From the human T2T-CHM13v2.0 reference genome, Homo sapiens: a stretch of DNA of 64,000 nt. Under the pieces are notes generated by a model. It was not told where the DNA came from. It saw only the letters and a list, made by a program, of their open reading frames with translations, and did not search any database. How positions within the stretch are numbered: the stretch's first letter is position 1; every line of letters begins with the position of its first letter. Shown piece after piece: positions 61,311 to 64,000 of the stretch. The position numbers and the translations under genes were made by a program. The stretch lies in the NCBI RefSeq assembly GCF_009914755.1, contig NC_060940.1; one strand, given 5' to 3'.

Positions 61311-61351
61311 GTGGTCTTATTAAATATGTGTCGACTAAATGAATATGTGGT
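61280..61351. repeat. Perfect 36-bp tandem duplication
   Basis: CTTATTAAATATGTGTCGACTAAATGAATATGTGGT x2. Confidence 0.97.
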
Positions 61352-61663
61352 CTATTTCAAGTCCTCGTTTGTGTCTGCCCTAGAACTTAGCACTGTTTGC
61401 CATTAGCTTGTCTATTTCCTTGTGAATAGCTAGATTCCCTCATGAGCTATAAGGGCCACGATGGCAGGGGGTGTGTCTACCTTGTTCACCAAGGGTACCC
61501 AGGATGAACCTGGCCTGCAGCTAAGGGGGTGGGCTCTAGGGTCAGATTACTTGGGCTCAAATCCCAGATTTCCTATGTTCCAGCTGTGTGATTTCTGCTA
61601 ATTGTCAAGCCACTCTGTGCCTCATTTTCCACATAGGTGCAAGAGGGGTGATAATAGCATCTA

Positions 61664-62038
<375 letters not shown>

Positions 62039-62766
62039 CACTTAGAAGAGTATCTAGCATATAGTAAGTGCTTCAGTGCTTTATACATGTCAGTTATTGG
62101 TAGTACTCAAAATATTTGGGATTTAAAAGTTGGGGGATTTTTACATAAAAGGCACTTTTCCTCTTTGAGTGGTAAAATCTCCCCTAAGAAAGAGGCAAGG
62201 ACAGATGGAGATGATCTGAGAGGCCCAAGAGATCCTTAAAACCAGGCTTTTTAAGAAATCTGATGTTTTATTTCTCCATATTGTCATGGAAAAGGCCAGC
62301 TTTTAGCATGCCTGGTGTTTCTGGTGTTTTCTTCTCTTCACTGTTTTCTACATTTCTTTCTTTGCATTGGTCCTTTTTTTTTCTTTTTTTTTTTTTTAAT
62401 AAAAAAAATAGCACAGCTCGGAGTCTTGCTTGCTGACTTACTGCTAGAGTGTGGGATCCATTGCTTCCATTTAGAGAAGCAGCCGGCCCTGGAATGTGGC
62501 CGCAGGGCTGCCAGGCTGACTCTGTGAGCTGAGCTGGCCAGGAATGCACTTTGCAGCTTGCACTGAGTTTGGCCTTACGTCTGTGGAATTTCTTCTCTCT
62601 TCTTACTCATTCGTGTCGTTAAATAAATAACAACACAAGCAGTGCATCCTCCCGGTTATAATGGCAAACAGTACAATGTGTTACAACACACAGTAGCTTG
62701 AAGAGGATATCTCTCTCCTGTGGTAGATGCTTCATTCCCCAGAACTTCACTCCTCACCCCCAGAAT

Positions 62767-62952
62767 AGGTTGCCCAGTTAACAGGATGCCTGGTTCAGTC
62801 TGCATTTTGGGTAAACAAGGAACACCTTTTTAGTATAAGTATGTCCCAAATATTGCATAGCACCAACTTATCCTAAAACACTATTTGTTGTTTATGTGCT
62901 ATTCAGGTTTAACTGGGCATTCTGTAGTTTTATTTGCTAAATCTGACAACTC
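62767..62952. mobile_element. MER53 palindromic hAT MITE
   Basis: aggttgcc..acaggatgcc..tttttagtataagtatgtcccaaatattgca..acttatcctaaaa..aactgggcattctgta..atctgacaact. Confidence 0.85.
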
Positions 62953-63134
62953 CAGAGAGTCTCCTAGAACCAGTTTCCTGTATTTTCTTCCAGTAATTTT
63001 CCAAGCATGTGCAACCTATGGATATCTTGGCAGACTTACTCCTGGTAGAATTCCCATCACCTAGAACAGTGCTTAGGACATTGTAGGTGCTTAATAAATA
63101 TGGGTTGAATGAGTGATTGACTCTGTACCCACCC

Positions 63135-64000
63135 CATTTTTCTTCACATAAGTGGAAATATATTATAGTGTTGTTTCATATGTAGCTTTTCCTTTTAATA
63201 ATGTCTCATGGGGATTGATACATAGAGCTGCCTCATACTCCTCTAAGGGTTTCCTAGCATTCCCTTTTATGATGCATAATGTATTTAACCAGTCCCCTGA
63301 TGATCGACATTGGTGCTGTTGAGAGTCTTTAGCTATTATAAACAATAAGGTAATGAGCATTCCTATATATGTTTACCTCTGTGGGTTTGACGACATGCAA
63401 GGATAGGTGTCGCATTGGAATCATGAGGACGGAGGATATGTGCTTTAAAATGTGGATTGATGTTGCTGAATTGCTTTCTGTAGAGGATCTGTTCACACTT
63501 CCCTCAGACAGCTTGTTCCCCATCTCCTTACCAACATAGAATATTATCAAACTTTTTCATTTTGCCAATCTGATCAGTGAAAAACTAGTATCTCGCTATC
63601 ATCTTAATTTACATCTCTTTGCTTATGAGAACATTTTTATGTTTGAAAGCTCTATTTCTTTTTCTGTGAACTGCTTCTTCTTTTTTGCCTATTTTTTTCT
63701 ACTTATTGATTTTTAACAGGTTTTTGTTTGTGAAAGAACATGTCTGTTAGCCTGGCATATGTTTTATATATAATGTAATTTATAAAATTGGTGTTTAACT
63801 TTGAAAAAGTGATTTATTATGGATTTTTTAAACTCTGTAGACATTAAAAAATTCCTCAGTAGTCAATTTATGAGTCTTTTCTTCCACATATTCTACATTT
63901 TGTGTCTTGCTTAGAAAGGCCTCTTACTCAATGAGATTATAGAGGAATTCTCCCATATTTTCTTTTACTACTTTAACTTCTTTTTTTTTGCATTTAAATC
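63135..64000 (-). mobile_element. L1ME fragment (runs off the window end)
   Basis: aatgtatttaaccagtcccctgatgatcgacatt..ttttgccaatctgat..ttgtgtcttgcttagaaaggcc. Confidence 0.72.

Overview
This is primate (very probably human) genomic DNA, not microbial. It holds about 33 Alu/FLAM pieces, old L1 fragments, L2 and MIR relics, MaLR/ERV1 solo LTRs (THE1, MLT1, MER41), hAT/Tigger MITEs (MER20, MER33, MER53, MER82) and many microsatellites. I cannot support any protein-coding exon. The supplied ORFs are Alu-, L1- or microsatellite-derived or random, and only three show real L1 ORF2p homology. Almost all L1 pieces and about two thirds of the Alus lie on the minus strand, which suggests one long intron of a + strand gene that I cannot name. 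I found no evidence of a new multi-gene system. The best leads are: (1) a non-repetitive island at about 58.3-58.9 kb with a candidate 57-nt or alternative first exon encoding MGCILR; (2) an inverted (twin-primed) L1PB insertion; (3) three internally rearranged, three-arm Alus; (4) a MER41 LTR with a GAS motif and a microsatellite at its TATA region; (5) a MER53 hairpin one mismatch from miR-1302; (6) several recent perfect tandem duplications. Repeat subfamily calls were made by eye from remembered consensus sequences, and boundaries of old elements are approximate.
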